The notes below the pieces were generated by a model. It saw nothing but the letters and a program-made list of their open reading frames with translations, was not told the DNA's origin and searched no databases. A program made the translations under genes and the position numbers. Source: Macrostomum lignano (taxonomy: Eukaryota). Taken from it: DNA of 64,000 nt. Positions 22,469-34,953 of the stretch are shown piece after piece. The stretch spans positions 62,001 to 126,000 of the forward strand of contig NIVC01001377.1 of assembly GCA_002269645.1 (NCBI GenBank), in the 5' to 3' direction. Numbering within the stretch: the first letter of the stretch is position 1; the number at the start of each line of letters is the position of its first letter.

Positions 22469-25400
22469 ATGCCAAAAGCTAATCCAGCAAAAGATTTAGT
22501 CAACAAATATTTTTCAAAAGGCGTCTCATTTCAAGACAAAAGTAATTTACTAAGAGAAGCATGTAAACAAAAGTTTAACACCGACCCTGGTCACCTGGGA
22601 AGCTATGAAAAACAGTTGGAAATCATCAATCAATTAGAATCAACCAGTATGCGCCTATAAAAAATCTGCAAAGGAACACCAAGAGAGGAGTCGCAACTTA
22701 GTTAACAAATACGAAACTCTCACTGGTGAAAAAGCAAAGTACCCACAAAATAAGCAGGAACAAGAGAAATTAGAGCAATTAATCCATTTAAAAGAGTCGG
22801 AGCTTGCCATTGAAGAGATTAATTTTGCACAGAGGAAGTTTACAGAACATTACATAGAGTACACAATCCCAATTAACGGCACCAACGGTACCACCGCAAA
22901 CATCTACGACTATAAAGACAGCATCCAATCAGTTGTTGATCACACACTCAAAACACGCAAGACTTTAAACTACAGATATCATTCAAGATTGCGTTTTATA
23001 TGCCTGCAAAACCCACTGAGCATCTCGAGTATTACATGACAACAAAGGCAAAGCCATTCACCCCTACAGACACACTGGATCCTTTCCTTCAAGATGTCAC
23101 TAAGAAAATTGAAGCGTTTACATCCAGAGGTTCCGGATGGGTCGTGGGAGGGATTCAAAGAGCGACTGTCATGGTCATGAAATATGACCCACTTAAAGCC
23201 TCCTCTTATATAGAGCTCCCGCATAAGCTAGCCGGTAAAAAAGCTTGCATAAATGTTAAAAATAAAGACAATTGCTGTGCTCTATGGGCAGTTCTTTCTG
23301 CACTTCTTCATGATAGTGTCCCTCACCACCCCGAAAGAACCTCAAATTATCAAAATTATTTCAACTACTATCTCATCGAATGCGAAAAGAAGGGAATCAG
23401 GTTTGACAAAGGAGGCTTGGCGATCTCTCAGATCCCAAAGCTAGAAGAAGTGTTTAATAACAAAATTAGAATCACAGTCTTTGAGTGGAGTGAAAAAACT
23501 GAGAAAGTTCAACCGGTCAGATGTAGCAAAGACGTTTTAGATCCTGAGGGGAAAAGGCGGACTGAAGTGGATCTTCTAGTGATTGGTAATTTACTAGAGG
23601 AGGCTCACTATGTTTGGATTAAAGATCTTTCAAGACTCATTCACAAGCAGTTGAATAATCATCACGAGGCTGTTGCCATCTGCCGCTTGTGCCTTAAGCA
23701 TTACAGTGGACCTGAACGCTTTGAAAAACTAGCAGAGCATGAATTATCATGCGAGGATCACCCGACAAACTGCTCTCTTCCTTCAGCTGAAGAGAAGTAT
23801 CTCCGGTTTAAGAACTATCACAAGATGGAGAAGCTCCCATTTGTTGTATATGCTGATTTCGAATGCTCAATCGTGCCAGAACTCAAAAACAAACTCAAAC
23901 TCAAAAACATGTCCCCAATTCAGTAGCATATGCCTTTATTAATACAAAAGGACTTGTTGAGTATAATTATTTCTTTGGAGAGCAGTGTGTGGAGCAGTTT
24001 ATTGCCAGAATGTTAGAGTTGCAAAAAGTGATTAGCACCCTTCAACCTGTTCCAATAATGATGACTGAGGAGGATGAAAGCAATTTCCTATCAGCAACTC
24101 ATTGCCACATCTGCAGGAAACATTAACTTGCACTAATATTAAAAACCCCACCGTTAGGGACCACTGCCACTTTACTGGGAAATTTAGAGGTGCAGCGCAT
24201 AACACCTGTAATCTAAAGCTAAAATCGAACATTCATGATCTAACGATATTTTGTCACAACGCAAAGAACTATGACATGCATTTAATAGTTGAAAAAATCG
24301 GCATGATTCCAGACATACACCTTGATGCATCGCAGAGAACAAGGAGAAGTTTAAGTGTGTTGATATTAAACAGGATAATTCGGGTACAGGTAAAATAAGA
24401 CTGAAGGATTCATATCAATTTCTAGCTGCCAGTCTAGACGAACTAAGCAAGAATCTAAAAGATGAACAATGTACATATACAAAGATGTTTGCAAGTAAAA
24501 TTAACAACAGTGATGAATCATTTAAACTTTTAAGAAAGAAAGGCTTCTACCCCTATGAAAATATTACTGGGTATCACGTATTTGAAGAAGGTTTACCACC
24601 ACAAGAAGTTCTTTTCAAAGCTAACAGACTCTGGAATCTCTGACAAAGACTATGAGCACGCGAAGCATGTCTATAATTACTTTAATTGTCAAAACTTCTT
24701 CCAGTATCACCTGCTTTACCTCTTCACAGATGTGTTTCTGCTGGCTGATGTGTTTGAAACCTTCAGATACACCTGGTACACAGCATATGGCCTCGATCCA
24801 GCACATTATGTGTCTCTGCCTGCCACTAGCTGGGAATCTTTGCTTAAAATGAAATGGGATCAAGATCCAGATTGGTACATTGAACTTCTTACAGACATTG
24901 ACATGTACAATTTTGTCGAATCGTCAAAGCGAGGGGGAATCTCAATTTGCGTTAACAGGTATGCAAAAGCAAACAATCCCTACATTGAATCTTACAATAA
25001 GGAGCAGCCCTCAAACTACATTACTTACTTGGACGCTAATAATCTCTACGGGTGGGCGATGAGTCAAGATCTTCCAGTTAGAGATTTTCGATGGCTACCC
25101 TCATCAGAATTCAAATGGGACTTTTCATTGGCTGCCATTTATGAGGTTGATGTTTACATTCCACCAGAGCTTCACGACTATTTCTCTGACTTTCCACCCT
25201 TCCCAGAGAACATCAAGTGCCCGAAAATAATCGAAACTCCCAATGATAATAATGGAACTTGGCACCTGTCAGGAACAGAAAAAGAACATACAGAGAAACT
25301 AACACAGAATCTAAACAACAAGACACGTTACAAAATCCATTACAAACTGCTTCAGTATTTTATCTCACTTGGTTGCAGGGTCACCAAAGTTCACAGGGCT

Positions 25401-26306
25401 CTTACATTTACAGAGGAAGCGTGGATGAAACCCTACATTGATAAGAACACCCAGTTTAGGACCAAAGCAACCAACGACTTTGACAAGAACCTCTTTAAGT
25501 TGGCCAACAACTCTGTCTATGGCAAGACTCTTGAGAATGAGCGGAAAAGAACAAACCTGAAACTTGTTACCTCATCAGAGCCTGCTGTTATTCAGGCAAA
25601 TATGTCAAAGCCAACATTCAAAGAACTCCATATCTTTAATAGCTACTTAGGTGTGATCATATTTTACAAAACCAAGGTGACGCTGCGCAAGCCGATCTAT
25701 ACAGGTGTCACTGTTCTCGACGAATCAAAACGTCTGATGTACCAGTTCTTCTATGGCATGAAGCAGCAGTACAAGGATAAAATGAAACTCTTGTACACTG
25801 ACACAGACAGTTTTATTATGGACATTCAAACAGAAGACATTTATCAGGACATGCTGCAGCAAAAAGATTTGTTTGACTTGTCTGAGTATGATGAATCTTT
25901 CAGGACACAGAATGGCGATCAAGTGTTTGACGCCACTAACAAGAAAGTGATTGGGAAAATGAAGGACGAGATTGCTGGTGACATAATCACTGAATTCATT
26001 GGGTTGAGAGCAAAGTCCTATTTTGTAAAATGTGAGTCGTCAGACCCAATTAAAAAATCAAAGGGAATTCCGAAACGTGTGGTTAGGAAGGAAATTAATG
26101 AAGCTGAATACAGAGACGCCTTGAATTGCAACAAAAAGACATCACATGAGTTCTCAAAGCTACAATCTAAAAACCATATTATTCACACAATTCAGCAAAA
26201 GAAGATTGGACTGTCAGGTGCAGATAACAAGAGATTCATTTTTGATGACAATATCAACAGTCTACCGTTCGGGCATTGGAGATTAGGTTTAGGAGGTTGG
26301 GTTTAG
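22469..26306 (+). CDS. Protein-primed family B DNA polymerase (with N-terminal extension), broken by ~6 frameshifts
   Basis: Motifs across successive frames: YADFEC (ExoI), VRDHCHFTGKFRGAAHNTCN, FCHNAKNYDMH, DSYQFL, YLDANNLYG (motif A), KLANNSVYGKT (motif B), LLYTDTDS (motif C). Confidence 0.95.
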
Positions 26307-26359
26307 GAGGTGGAGACTAGGTTTAGGTTTAAGAGAAAGTTTAATAAACCTCATAAAAA

Positions 26360-26758
26360 ATGACGACAAATAACTTTCTTGAAGATTTGGCTAACGAACT
26401 GGAAATCCCAAACTTTAGAGGAATATTTATGAGGGACACTCTGCCTGATTTTCCTCTAAGAAAGGAATGCGGCATCATGAACTTTGACACCACCGATAAG
26501 CCAGGATCTCATTGGGTTTGCTGGGTGATTGATCCCGATCGCAAGCACAAGTGTTATTACTTCGATAGCTATGGGACGGCAGTACCAGAAGAGCTAAGAA
26601 ATTATATGAAGGGAAAAAATAAAAAAATTTATCGCTCAGACTTTATTCTCCAAGGTCTTAGCAGTGATATTTGCGGTGAGCTGTGCATGACTGTTTTGTA
26701 TGCAATGACCAAAACACGAAAGACCTACAAGGAAATTATTCGTACCTGTGTTTCATAG
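26360..26758 (+). CDS. Adenain-like cysteine maturation protease
   Basis: PGSHWVCW (His), YFDSYG (Asp), ILQGLSSDICGELC (Gln/Cys); intact, 132 aa. Confidence 0.92.
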   Translation: MTTNNFLEDLANELEIPNFRGIFMRDTLPDFPLRKECGIMNFDTTDKPGSHWVCWVIDPDRKHKCYYFDSYGTAVPEELRNYMKGKNKKIYRSDFILQGLSSDICGELCMTVLYAMTKTRKTYKEIIRTCVS

Positions 26759-26762
26759 GGGT

Positions 26763-27464
26763 TCATTGTGCATTTCTCGTCGTCCTTCTTACCGAATTTC
26801 TCGTTGTCCTTCTTTCCGCATAATGTTGAAGAACTTTCTCGAGTTCATTTCTCAGCTGACTCATGTCATCAGTACCGACCATGTTCAAGTTCATTCGAAT
26901 TGATTGTTCATAAAGATCCTGAATGGTTTTGAACTCATCCTCTGAAATGAACTTATCCTCGATTGCCCTTGAAATGTACCCTATGATTGATGTGTGCACC
27001 CCTTTCTCTTTTACTTGCTTCTCCTGTAGCTGCTTTAGTTTTTTTCGCCTGTTTCGCGCTAATGCTCCAGTAATTGCTGAAATAAGTCCACATGCAGCAC
27101 CCACAGAGCCGAGCGGGATTGCGATTGGGGCTGTGATGACTGGCAACACTGAGACAGCTGCAGCAGATCCAGATAGAACAGACACAGATCCTAGAATCAT
27201 ATTGCTGTAGTCGAAAAATTTACAGTGGCTGTCATAGCGCTTAATTTTCTTTGTGTTGTGGAAAATATTTTTTTCAAGATCATCGCGCATTTTTTGAATC
27301 TCCACCAGTCGAAACTGTTGAGAGTTACAAGTAATGACGGGGTAGAGTTTTTGTTGCTCATATTGGGGTGCATAGGTGCTGTGGGTGTGAATTCGGTGCC
27401 ATTTGGTTTGGTGCTGTCGGTATTTTAGGTTCAGACTGATCGTATAGAGAATTTTGTTGGGCCA
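26763..27464 (-). CDS. Polinton protein with long Gly/Ala hydrophobic segment (putative membrane-active), 5' frameshift(s)
   Basis: QQFRLVEIQKMRDDLEK followed by ILGSVSVLSGSAAAVSVLPVITAPIAIPLGSVGAACGLISAITGAL. The likely ATG at 27464 is in a different frame. Confidence 0.65.
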   Translation of the reverse strand, partial: WPNKILYTISLNLKYRQHQTKWHRIHTHSTYAPQYEQQKLYPVITCNSQQFRLVEIQKMRDDLEKNIFHNTKKIKRYDSHCKFFDYSNMILGSVSVLSGSAAAVSVLPVITAPIAIPLGSVGAACGLISAITGALARNRRKKLKQLQEKQVKEKGVHTSIIGYISRAIEDKFISEDEFKTIQDLYEQSIRMNLNMVGTDDMSQLRNELEKVLQHYAERRTTRNSVRRTTRNAQ

Positions 27465-27500
27465 TTTTTTTTCCCTAGAAAAAATAAAAAAATTATAAAA

Positions 27501-28286
27501 CTATCCGGTTTGAAGATCTATTGTTTTGAAAAAAGATCTGTTTTCTTTTGATTTGATTAGATTTTGATGAAATTTGATAATTTCATCTGTAGACATGACC
27601 GGACGAGCAGTAGATTCTGCTTCATCAATAGCAATGTCACGAAGATTGAGTGTTCTCTCCAGACGATTAAGCCTCCTTATTATTTTACCCCAATAGCTAT
27701 ACATTCCGTTTAGATAGCTACTGTGTGATACATCCTTTCTCTTTAATGCCTCAAGTCTTTCTTTGATTCGATCATGCAACGATGTTGACTGAGTCATGAA
27801 CTCTTCTAAATTCCTCACTTTAACTGTGTTGGTTGCGACGTTTTCTTTAATTCTATCATGCAATGCTGTTGACTGGTTTATGAACTCTTCTAAATTATTC
27901 ACTTTAGCTGTGTTTGTGAAAACTCCTCCTTCAAGAATACGCATCCGTCTATCAGTGGAATTTCCCAGAAGATTAACTGTCGATCTTAAGCTGTTGATTT
28001 GCGAGACTGCCGAAGTTATTTCTGACCTTAGTTCATTAGTTGCGTGTACAACCTGTACATAAAGCTTATCACTTTCAAACTTCTGCCTAGCTACTTTATG
28101 CGAGATCTTCTATGTTTATTGTAGCTGGTGCATGGAGCGCTCTAGGGCTTTCAGTCTGTTTTTATTCAGTTTGATCTCTGGGATCTTTTCGTCGCTGTTG
28201 ATATATCGCCTGTCAAGGATGGATATCTGAGCTGATGTAAGAGCGCTGTTGCCAGAAATGGATTCACCTGCAAAGTTTATCGACAT
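27501..28286 (-). CDS. Hypothetical coiled-coil viral protein, frameshifted
   Basis: ATG at 28286 (MSINFAGESISG...). It contains an internally repeated NTxKVxNLEEFxxQSTxLHDRIKE unit. Confidence 0.55.
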
Positions 28287-28302
28287 CTTTTAATAGCAAA
28301 TT

Positions 28303-29101
28303 TTAAATTACAGTTCTTTTTTCTTTGCTGATAATCACAAACTGGTAAGGCTGATTCCACTTGTCATAGCAAAGATTAACGAATTCCTCTTGTGAAATCT
28401 TTCTGCTTGAGTTTTTTGTTGGATTTATGAAATAGGCAGGCGCAATGACCTCATTGTAAAATCTTTTTAACCTGTCCTGTGGAATGGTTGGAAACAGGAG
28501 AATCAGATTGCAGTTCCCACGAATTGTTTTGTTCGGGAGCTCGAACCAATTCTGTGCAATGTAAATTACATTACAATTGTTATGTCGCCCTCTTGTAAAA
28601 TAGTTTTCTATCTGCTTCTGTGGGCCTGTCATACAATCATCAAAGACGATCAAATGCTTTCTCCCTTTTCTAGCTCATCTGGTTGGGGTAGAAGTTTGGT
28701 CTTTGGATCAGCCTGTGGATCTCCATAGGTGAACACTTTAATGTTCTGCCATTTTTCATTGTCTTTGAGGTGCTTTGCATATTCAGCAGCTACAATTTCT
28801 GGGTTACTGGGAAGGATTTGTTGGTTATTAAAACATTGAATAATGTCCTCTTTGTTCAGTTTGTTTTGCAATCCAGAAATCAGCATTTTATACTCATCTT
28901 GATACAGTGTGGGAGAGTAGATGTGCAGAGTGTCATAGTCGATAAAGCCAGGTCTAAGAAGCATGTTAAAGACTCTGAATGTTTTACCTGAACCTGATGA
29001 ACCAACAACAATGCATCTGAAGTGACTCGGATTGACTCGTGATGAGAAAACTTAATCTGATTACGCGTCCAGTGAGGATTGAAGTCGTTTGAAAAGTCCA
29101 T
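28303..29101 (-). CDS. A32/FtsK-like packaging ATPase, two frameshifts
   Basis: HFRCIVVGSSGSGKT (Walker A, in a frame not shown in the track), IVFDDCM (Walker B), FTRGRHNNCNVIYIAQ (conserved R-H and Q motifs). Confidence 0.92.
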
Positions 29102-29137
29102 TTTTTCTATGATGAAAAAAAATTTAAATATAAATAA

Positions 29138-29325
29138 TTTAGATGTGTCATTTCGGGACTTAGATGTGTCATTTTGGGACTTAGATGTGTCATTTTGGGA
29201 CTTAGATGTGTCATTTTGGGACTTAGATGTGTCATTTTGGGACTTAGATGTGTCATTTTGGGACTTAGATGTGTCATTTTGGGACTTAGATGTGTCATTT
29301 TGGGACTTAGATGTGTCATTTTGAG
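29138..29325. repeat. 21-bp tandem repeat inside the Polinton (GACTTAGATGTGTCATTTTGG), ~9 copies
   Basis: Intergenic, immediately upstream of the ATPase ATG. Confidence 0.95.
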
Positions 29326-29370
29326 ACTAGTCTTGTACCTTTACATTTCTTGTACCCTCGGAAAGTACCT

Positions 29371-29748
29371 TTAGTCAAATTTGAAACCACTTCCTTTTTT
29401 AATGCTTGCTCTCATCTTCTCATAGACTGCAGGGTCCACACTGTCTGGGTTTGGGGCCAGCGGAGCCAGAGGTTGAATCTCTTGTTTAGGTGTTACAGTA
29501 TCCTTTATCTTTTTGGCTGCTGTGGCTACACTGCCAGCCGCTTCGGCAACGTTCTTGATGTTCTCTTTGTTCTCTCCAATGACCTTAAAAATCTTGGCCC
29601 CCTGAGCGATCAAATCGGCAAGGCCATTCCCAGAGCGTTCTTTTCTTGGATAGTGGCCTGCAAGGAAAAGTCCAGATCCGCGTTTAATGAGATTAAGTTC
29701 CTCTTTGTCATAGTATTTGTCCACGTCTTTCTCAAAAATAATGGGCAT
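29371..29748 (-). CDS. Small putative core/membrane-lytic virion protein with GxG cleavage-like motifs
   Basis: ATG at 29748 (MPIIFEK...). It contains RGSG|LFL, SGNG|LADLIAQGAKIFKVI (amphipathic) and KKGSG|FKFD. Confidence 0.6.
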   Translation of the reverse strand: MPIIFEKDVDKYYDKEELNLIKRGSGLFLAGHYPRKERSGNGLADLIAQGAKIFKVIGENKENIKNVAEAAGSVATAAKKIKDTVTPKQEIQPLAPLAPNPDSVDPAVYEKMRASIKKGSGFKFD

Positions 29749-29764
29749 TTTTACTTGAAATAAA

Positions 29765-31001
29765 TTATTTTTTGTTGAACCGCGAAAGCAGAAGCTCTCT
29801 CGCCCTCTTATCGATGTATTTTCTCTCAAGCATTTTGTCCAGGATGTTGACAAATTCTTTTCTATTCTCATCTTTCATTCCGGTCTTTGCCGCTCCTAGA
29901 AGAACCGCTACTCGCTTGTAGATTTCAGAAATTCCTTTTCCAGTTGCGGGCGGTTGGTCTTGGGTTGTGGAGTTGGTTGGGCTTGTAGCTGCTGGGGAGG
30001 TGATGCAAAAGACTGCTCACTTTCAGAGATGGAACTGTCATGTGGTGCCTGTCTTTGTTGAGGTGTGAAAACTCTTTGCTTGATTCTATTCATTCGATCT
30101 GGAGAGTGTTGTTCTAAATGTTGCCAGTCTGTTGGGTTTTGTTTCTTATATTCAGCTACTTTCAAAGGGTCTAACTGCTCGAGTTGACTGAGTACTTGTT
30201 CTTCTGTGAATGTTGCTGCTGTGGTTGTGGTTGTTGTTGTTGCTGTTGTTGTTGTTGTTGTTGTTCTAGATATTTTATGACTTCCGCCTGATCTGGCAAA
30301 TCGAACCATTGTTTAAAGTGTTTGTACTTTTTGAATCTAGTCAGGTTGACACCGTTATCATACATAAGTTTCAGGACTTCTGGGGCCTTTAGTATTTCTA
30401 TATCTCTAGCAAGAGCAAAAGTCACTAGATCTCTATAGTTCTTTAGCTGTTTGTCCGAGATTCTCTCTTGGTTCTTGGTCATAAAAGTCAGTAAGGTTTC
30501 TGTGAAAGGAATGCTCTTAGTTTCCGAGCCTTTGACAACAGAAATATGTTTCTTATTTATGTCGATATAATATTCCACTGGTTAATTATAAATATTTTTT
30601 CTCCACATACTTATTCCAAATACATATTTCCCATCATGTTCTACACGCTCTACTGGTCCAAAAATGTTATCTGTCACTTTTAGTTGCTGCTGCGGTTGTG
30701 ATTGTTGTGGTTGTGATTGTTGTGGTTGCGGTTGTGCCTGTGGTTGCGGCTGTATCTGTGGTGCTTCTGGAATTTTGCCCAAAGCCTTTTGCACCTGGGT
30801 TTCCTGTATGTCGTCGATAGTTTCTTTGACCTGATCAATATTTTTCTTAGCTTCTCCATACCCGGGCTTATGAAACTCTGTGGCTGCTTGGACAAACTCA
30901 TTGTAGGATTGTTGCTCCTTATTTATTAGCCCGGTAACTCGTTTCTCTGCTTGTGCTAGCTTCTCCAATTCAGATATCTGCTGTGTACTTTTTCGCTTCA
31001 T
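29765..31001 (-). CDS. Gln-rich Polinton hypothetical protein split by frameshifts
   Basis: Three track ORFs (30582-31001, 30171-30578, 29908-30309) plus a final segment ending ENRKEFVNILDKMLERKYIDKRARELLLSRFNKK* abut with 1-2-nt frame changes. Confidence 0.6.
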
Positions 31002-31031
31002 TTCTTATTTTATTTTATTTTTAGTTAAAAA

Positions 31032-32318
31032 ATGAACGACCCACTGACACCAGTTTTCTACAAAATTAACAAGCCTATTTTGAGTGATGACAGCACTATT
31101 AAGGCGACTCAGGTAAGAGTTCCCAGTCAGGAAAATCAGAATGAAACTAATCTTGGTCCAGGTCAAACACTGACATTTACATACAATGGATGTTCGTCTT
31201 TGGTTAGTGTGCACAGTCTTAAGAGCGGCTTCCATATGACATTTCAATTCAAGACAAAGGGTGGTGCGGATGCGGCTCGTGCTAACGTTGACAAGCATGA
31301 TGCGGATGTGGCTCTGATCAGTAACTTTTGGGCGTACATGTTCAAGGAGTTTAGTGTATCGAATGGGAGCACAGAGTTGGAGCGAATCGCCAACTTTGGA
31401 ATTGTCTATGACGCTCATTGTTTGATCGAGAATCCTGATTTTATTCAGTTGGGAAGTGGTGCGGGTTTTATTGCAGATGAAAAAGAAGGAGACACCAATT
31501 ACAGTGGCTATAAAAAGAGGAAGAAGAGATACAACTATGCATTGCAAGGTGCTGATGATGCTGCTAAGAACCCACAGTATCGGTCTGTTGATGTATTTGT
31601 ACCATTGAGATTCATGAGTGGATTCTGTAATACATTTAATCGACTGACTAGTAACTTTAGCTACACCTTTAGGATGACTAGAGATGATCGCAGTAGAGTG
31701 TTGTGGACTGGGGCGGATCACACAAGGATGGAGGTGAAGCTAACCGGAATCGAGCTGTATTTGGAAGTCATTGAGCCAAAGACTGCACTAAAAGCAGACT
31801 ATCTTAAGGCAATAGAGAAGGACATTGATGTTGCATACACAGCCTACATGTGTCGAGATGAGCGAAACGAAACTAGAACAAACATCTGCATCAAAGAGGG
31901 ATCATGCAGCAATCCAAGGTATATCATTATTAATATGAGAAACCCAAATAGCATTATACGCTACATGCATGGAGACGTGCGGTCCATTCAGCATGAAATC
32001 AGTGATAATCTTTACCCTGCACTGCCACAAAATGGAGATTTCAGTCAGAACAAGATTAGCAAATTTTACAGCGAGTTGGTCGACTTGGCTGTGAAAGAGA
32101 ACAATGGAATTGCTATCACTGCTCTTCAATATGGAACTCTATATCCGATGTTTGGCGCTGATGTGTCTGCCAGACAAATGCCTACTGATAACAGCCCTGT
32201 GAATATCGTGACTAACATTGAAAGGACTGCCGCAACACCCGTGGACCTGTACATTGTCTATGCATTTGAGAGGAAGGTGAAGCTTAACATGATCAACAAT
32301 TCATCCAGTAAAGTTTAA
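31032..32318 (+). CDS. Major capsid protein (double jelly-roll, hexon-like)
   Basis: Intact 428-aa ORF. Its size, its position next to the minor capsid gene and the C-terminal LYPMFGADVSARQ motif fit a Polinton MCP. Confidence 0.8.
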   Translation: MNDPLTPVFYKINKPILSDDSTIKATQVRVPSQENQNETNLGPGQTLTFTYNGCSSLVSVHSLKSGFHMTFQFKTKGGADAARANVDKHDADVALISNFWAYMFKEFSVSNGSTELERIANFGIVYDAHCLIENPDFIQLGSGAGFIADEKEGDTNYSGYKKRKKRYNYALQGADDAAKNPQYRSVDVFVPLRFMSGFCNTFNRLTSNFSYTFRMTRDDRSRVLWTGADHTRMEVKLTGIELYLEVIEPKTALKADYLKAIEKDIDVAYTAYMCRDERNETRTNICIKEGSCSNPRYIIINMRNPNSIIRYMHGDVRSIQHEISDNLYPALPQNGDFSQNKISKFYSELVDLAVKENNGIAITALQYGTLYPMFGADVSARQMPTDNSPVNIVTNIERTAATPVDLYIVYAFERKVKLNMINNSSSKV

Positions 32319-32341
32319 ATATTTTTTTGTCGGTGAAAAAA

Positions 32342-33204
32342 ATGGAAGCCATAGCCGAAAGACTAAACAACATTGTTTCACACTCTAAGGAGAGCATTCC
32401 TATTACAATAACCGGGCGAATTAATGACTCAAACGGGATGTTTGTTGAAAAATTAGAGCAGGCGATTCGCCTGGATCCAGGCGCTAATTACCATGTCTAT
32501 CTTAACGACTTCACTGGTTGGTCAAACGTTCCCAATGTGATGGCAGCAAATAATAAGTTTTATTACAAATGGAAAGGTGCAGCAGCAGACCCTGTGGTAT
32601 TCCAGGTGAGCACGCAAAGTGTGGATACCTACAATAACTTTCTAGAAAATGTCTTTACTAAGAGAGGCCATTTTGAGACACCTGATGCGAGTAAGCCAGA
32701 GAAGAAACTGTTCCCTGTCAAACTAACCTATGATCTGACTGTAATGAGAGTGGTCATGCAAGTTCACAAAGATGCGGAGGTTGAGTTTAAAGATGACACT
32801 TGGTATAGGGAACTGGGATTCGAGAAGAAAGTTTATAAGGCAGAATCCGCGGCGCAGACCGCCACTCAAGCATCGGGACTGTTAGAATGGTCCGGGAAAG
32901 TGTAAGCGGTTTGTTCTTAGCACCCAATATTGCAGACATTGTAAAGGGTTTGAATATTCTAATCAGAAGCAATCTCAGTCTTGATTGGGTATTTAAGGGA
33001 AAGCGAACTAATATTTTGTACAACATCTCCAACTCTGTAGCTGGAGGACAGATGGTGGTAGAGAAACCAAATCCAGTGAAAAGAGTTGTATTGAGTAATA
33101 AGGAGATTCACGAGATTGTGCTACAGTTTGAGACTGAAGATGGGATGGGCGTTGATTTTAATGGGGAAGAGTTTGTATTGACGTTAATCATTGAGAGAAT
33201 GTGA
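32342..33204 (+). CDS. Minor capsid protein (single jelly-roll, penton-like), one frameshift at ~32877
   Basis: WSNVPNVMAANNKFYY ... NILIRSNL ... VDFNGEEFVLTLII; directly follows the MCP. Confidence 0.78.
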
Positions 33205-33510
33205 TGGAAAAATAACTAAATATTTTATTTCAGTTCTATTTCGAATTTTTAGTATATTTTTTCTAGTCATATTACTTATTAGTAGGCAACCTCACGCTTT
33301 TAGACTGACCAAGCATTATTTTTTTCTAACCAGTATTTAGTGAAAGGATTGAAAACACAAAAGAAATCGGACACAAAAAGATGTCCGATGTCAAAAGTTG
33401 GTTAACTTCGCAAGTATTCGCACATAACAAACACAAGTCTGTCACTAGTCTTTCTCAGAAAAAAAAGCTTTCTTTTTGCACAGTTGAATTCGTGCGAATT
33501 CCTGTTATGC

Positions 33511-34924
33511 ACATGATTTTTACGAACGTTCGTGAAAATCATGTAACCACTGAGAGCCGCTTTATGCTGCACATGATTTTTACGAACGTTCGTGAAAATC
33601 ATGTAACCACTGAGAGCCGCTTTATGCTGCACATGATTTTTACGAACGTTCGTGAAAATCATGTAACCACTGAGAGCCGCTTTATGCTGCACATGATTTT
33701 TACGAACGTTCGTGAAAATCATGTAACCACTGAGAGCCGCTTTATGCTGCACATGATTTTTACGAACGTTCGTGAAAATCATGTAACCACTGAGAGCCGC
33801 TTTATGCTGCACATGATTTTTACGAACGTTCGTGAAAATCATGTAACCACTGAGAGCCGCTTTATGCTGCACATGATTTTTACGAACGTTCGTGAAAATC
33901 ATGTAACCACTGAGAGCCGCTTTATGCTGCACATGATTTTTACGAACGTTCGTGAAAATCATGTAACCACTGAGAGCCGCTTTATGCTGCACATGATTTT
34001 TACGAACGTTCGTGAAAATCATGTAACCACTGAGAGCCGCTTTATGCTGCACATGATTTTTACGAACGTTCGTGAAAATCATGTAACCACTGAGAGCCGC
34101 TTTATGCTGCACATGATTTTTACGAACGTTCGTGAAAATCATGTAACCACTGAGAGCCGCTTTATGCTGCACATGATTTTTACGAACGTTCGTGAAAATC
34201 ATGTAACCACTGAGAGCCGCTTTATGCTGCACATGATTTTTACGAACGTTCGTGAAAATCATGTAACCACTGAGAGCCGCTTTATGCTGCACATGATTTT
34301 TACGAACGTTCGTGAAAATCATGTAACCACTGAGAGCCGCTTTATGCTGCACATGATTTTTACGAACGTTCGTGAAAATCATGTAACCACTGAGAGCCGC
34401 TTTATGCTGCACATGATTTTTACGAACGTTCGTGAAAATCATGTAACCACTGAGAGCCGCTTTATGCTGCACATGATTTTTACGAACGTTCGTGAAAATC
34501 ATGTAACCACTGAGAGCCGCTTTATGCTGCACATGATTTTTACGAACGTTCGTGAAAATCATGTAACCACTGAGAGCCGCTTTATGCTGCACATGATTTT
34601 TACGAACGTTCGTGAAAATCATGTAACCACTGAGAGCCGCTTTATGCTGCACATGATTTTTACGAACGTTCGTGAAAATCATGTAACCACTGAGAGCCGC
34701 TTTATGCTGCACATGATTTTTACGAACGTTCGTGAAAATCATGTAACCACTGAGAGCCGCTTTATGCTGCACATGATTTTTACGAACGTTCGTGAAAATC
34801 ATGTAACCACTGAGAGCCGCTTTATGCTGCACATGATTTTTACGAACGTTCGTGAAAATCATGTAACCACTGAGAGCCGCTTTATGCTGCACATGATTTT
34901 TACGAACGTTCGTGAAAATCATGT
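33511..34924. repeat. 60-bp tandem array: 24 copies of a 34-bp imperfect palindrome separated by an invariant 26-bp spacer
   Basis: ACATGATTTTTACGAACGTTCGTGAAAATCATGT (self-complementary except one T/G pair) plus AACCACTGAGAGCCGCTTTATGCTGC; the copies appear identical. Confidence 0.98.
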
Positions 34925-34953
34925 TATCAGTGGGAATCGAACCATGCGGGGCA

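Noticed and set aside
33511-34924. CRISPR array (palindromic ~34-bp repeat plus 26-bp spacer)
   Set aside because: All spacers are identical, there are no cas genes, and the context is eukaryotic and viral.
34932-34943. tRNA gene suggested by GGTTCGATTCCC (minus strand)
   Set aside because: No cloverleaf can be folded, and the upstream sequence forms the hammerhead instead. It is kept only as a possible box-B motif.
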